NCBI GenBank assembly: GCA_017415485.1
Contig: JAFQGP010000075.1
Span: 635 to 64,634 of the forward strand
Reading direction: 5' to 3'
DNA from: Clostridia bacterium
GTDB taxonomy: Bacteria; Bacillota; Clostridia; Oscillospirales; CAG-272
DNA: 64,000 nucleotides
The notes beneath the pieces are model-generated. The model was given only the letters and a program-made list of their open reading frames with translations. It was not told the origin of the DNA and ran no database searches. The translations under genes and the position numbers were made by a program. Shown here one piece after another: positions 62,968-64,000 of this stretch. The stretch's first letter is position 1, and each line of letters starts with the position of its first letter.

Positions 62968-64000
62968 GAGAAAACAAATGAAACTGAATTTTGATTTTGA
63001 CAAAATAATTGGCAAGGTCAAACCGATGCATGCTGTCGGTCAGCCCCCGGTTGAGGTAGGTGACAACGGCGTTGAGGACGATATGTTCCATTATCTGACC
63101 GAGGCAAATATTCCTTATTCGCGTCTTCACGATACATACGGAGCTTATGCAAATAACGTTTTCGTGGATATCCCAAATCTCTTCCGTGATTTTGACGCGG
63201 ACGAGAACGATCCCGAGTCTTATGATTTTGCTTTCACAGATGAGCTCCTTTCCAAAATGATCGCTGCAAAGGTCGAACCTTATTTCCGCCTCGGCGTAAC
63301 GATCGAAAACGCGCATATGGTCAAAGCATACCGCATTTTCCCCCCCAAGGATCCGGCAAAGTGGGCGCGCATTTGCGAACACGTCATCCGCCATTACAAC
63401 GAAGGCTGGGCGAACGGTTTTCATTTTGGCATCAAGTATTGGGAAATTTGGAACGAGCCCGACAATGAGGAATCGATCGAGCTTAACAATATGTTCAAGG
63501 GCACGGCGGAGGAGTATTATGAGCTATACGCCGTAACCTCAAAGCATCTGCGCGAGTGCTTCGGCGACAGCATCAAGATCGGCGGATACGCAAGCACAGG
63601 TCTGTACGTCGGCTATATGGAACAGGAGGAAAAGTACCGTCAGCCGCACGAGATCACCCATTGGGAGGCTCGCGCGATCTACCATACCAAGTACTTTCTC
63701 GGCTTTCTCGAACGCGTAAAACGTGATGGATTGCCGCTTGATTTCTTCTCGCATCACAGCTATATGGACGTCCGCCGCACGATGGATATTCAACATTACA
63801 CCGAAAGAATTCTCGCCGAGGCGGGCTTCCACGATATAGAGATCCACCTTAACGAATGGAACACCGACCGCACCCGCGAAACTCGTGGAACGACAAAGGC
63901 ATCCGCCGATGTTGCGGCGATGATGATGGCAATGCACGCGACCAAGATGTCGATGATGTGCTACTACGACGCGCGTGTCGGTATCAGCGTTTATGGCGGT
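62968..64000 (+). CDS. clan GH-A glycoside hydrolase, GH39-like; 3' end beyond the window
   Basis: Absent from the ORF track because it is open to the window edge. AGGGAG precedes the ATG at 62968. MKLNFDFDKIIGKVKPMHAVGQPP... and the acid/base-type motif YWEIWNEPDN. Confidence 0.55.

Overview
A 64-kb chromosomal window, about 50-55% GC by eye, from a Gram-positive Clostridia-type genome. This placement rests on the dut-maf-mreBCD-PBP2 operon, HprK, a DUF3794-LysM protein, lipoprotein signal peptides and sortase-type sorting signals. All family calls come from reading motifs in the supplied translations; no searches were run.

Content from left to right:
1. A glucuronide/hexuronate utilisation locus (kdgK-eda-uxuB-uxuA-uxaC-araC, divergent from a GPH transporter and a GH2 beta-glucuronidase).
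2. A 400-bp gap holding a candidate type I toxin-antitoxin module.
3. Housekeeping and cell-shape genes.
4. Surface and cell-wall proteins (a CHAP hydrolase and a Cys-rich repeat protein).
5. Malic enzyme, an Ldh_2 dehydrogenase and tldD/pmbA.
6. A sugar-related cluster (binding protein, GH28-like protein, isomerase, oxidoreductases).
7. A compact 6.8-kb head-only phage morphogenesis module (terS-terL-X-portal-scaffold-capsid-adaptor) with no tail, lysis, integrase or replication genes.
8. hprK and an envelope operon.
9. Four tandem paralogous wall-anchored proteins.
10. More sugar genes.

The intergenic regions carry unusual multi-hairpin repeat families: a 340/420-bp element with terminal inverted repeats in two copies, hairpin arrays phased by GTGAWAT, and an inverted pair of structured repeats bracketing the phage-like block. 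No rRNA, tRNA or CRISPR array was recognised. Many long ORFs on the opposite strand of real genes are codon-aligned shadow ORFs and were rejected.
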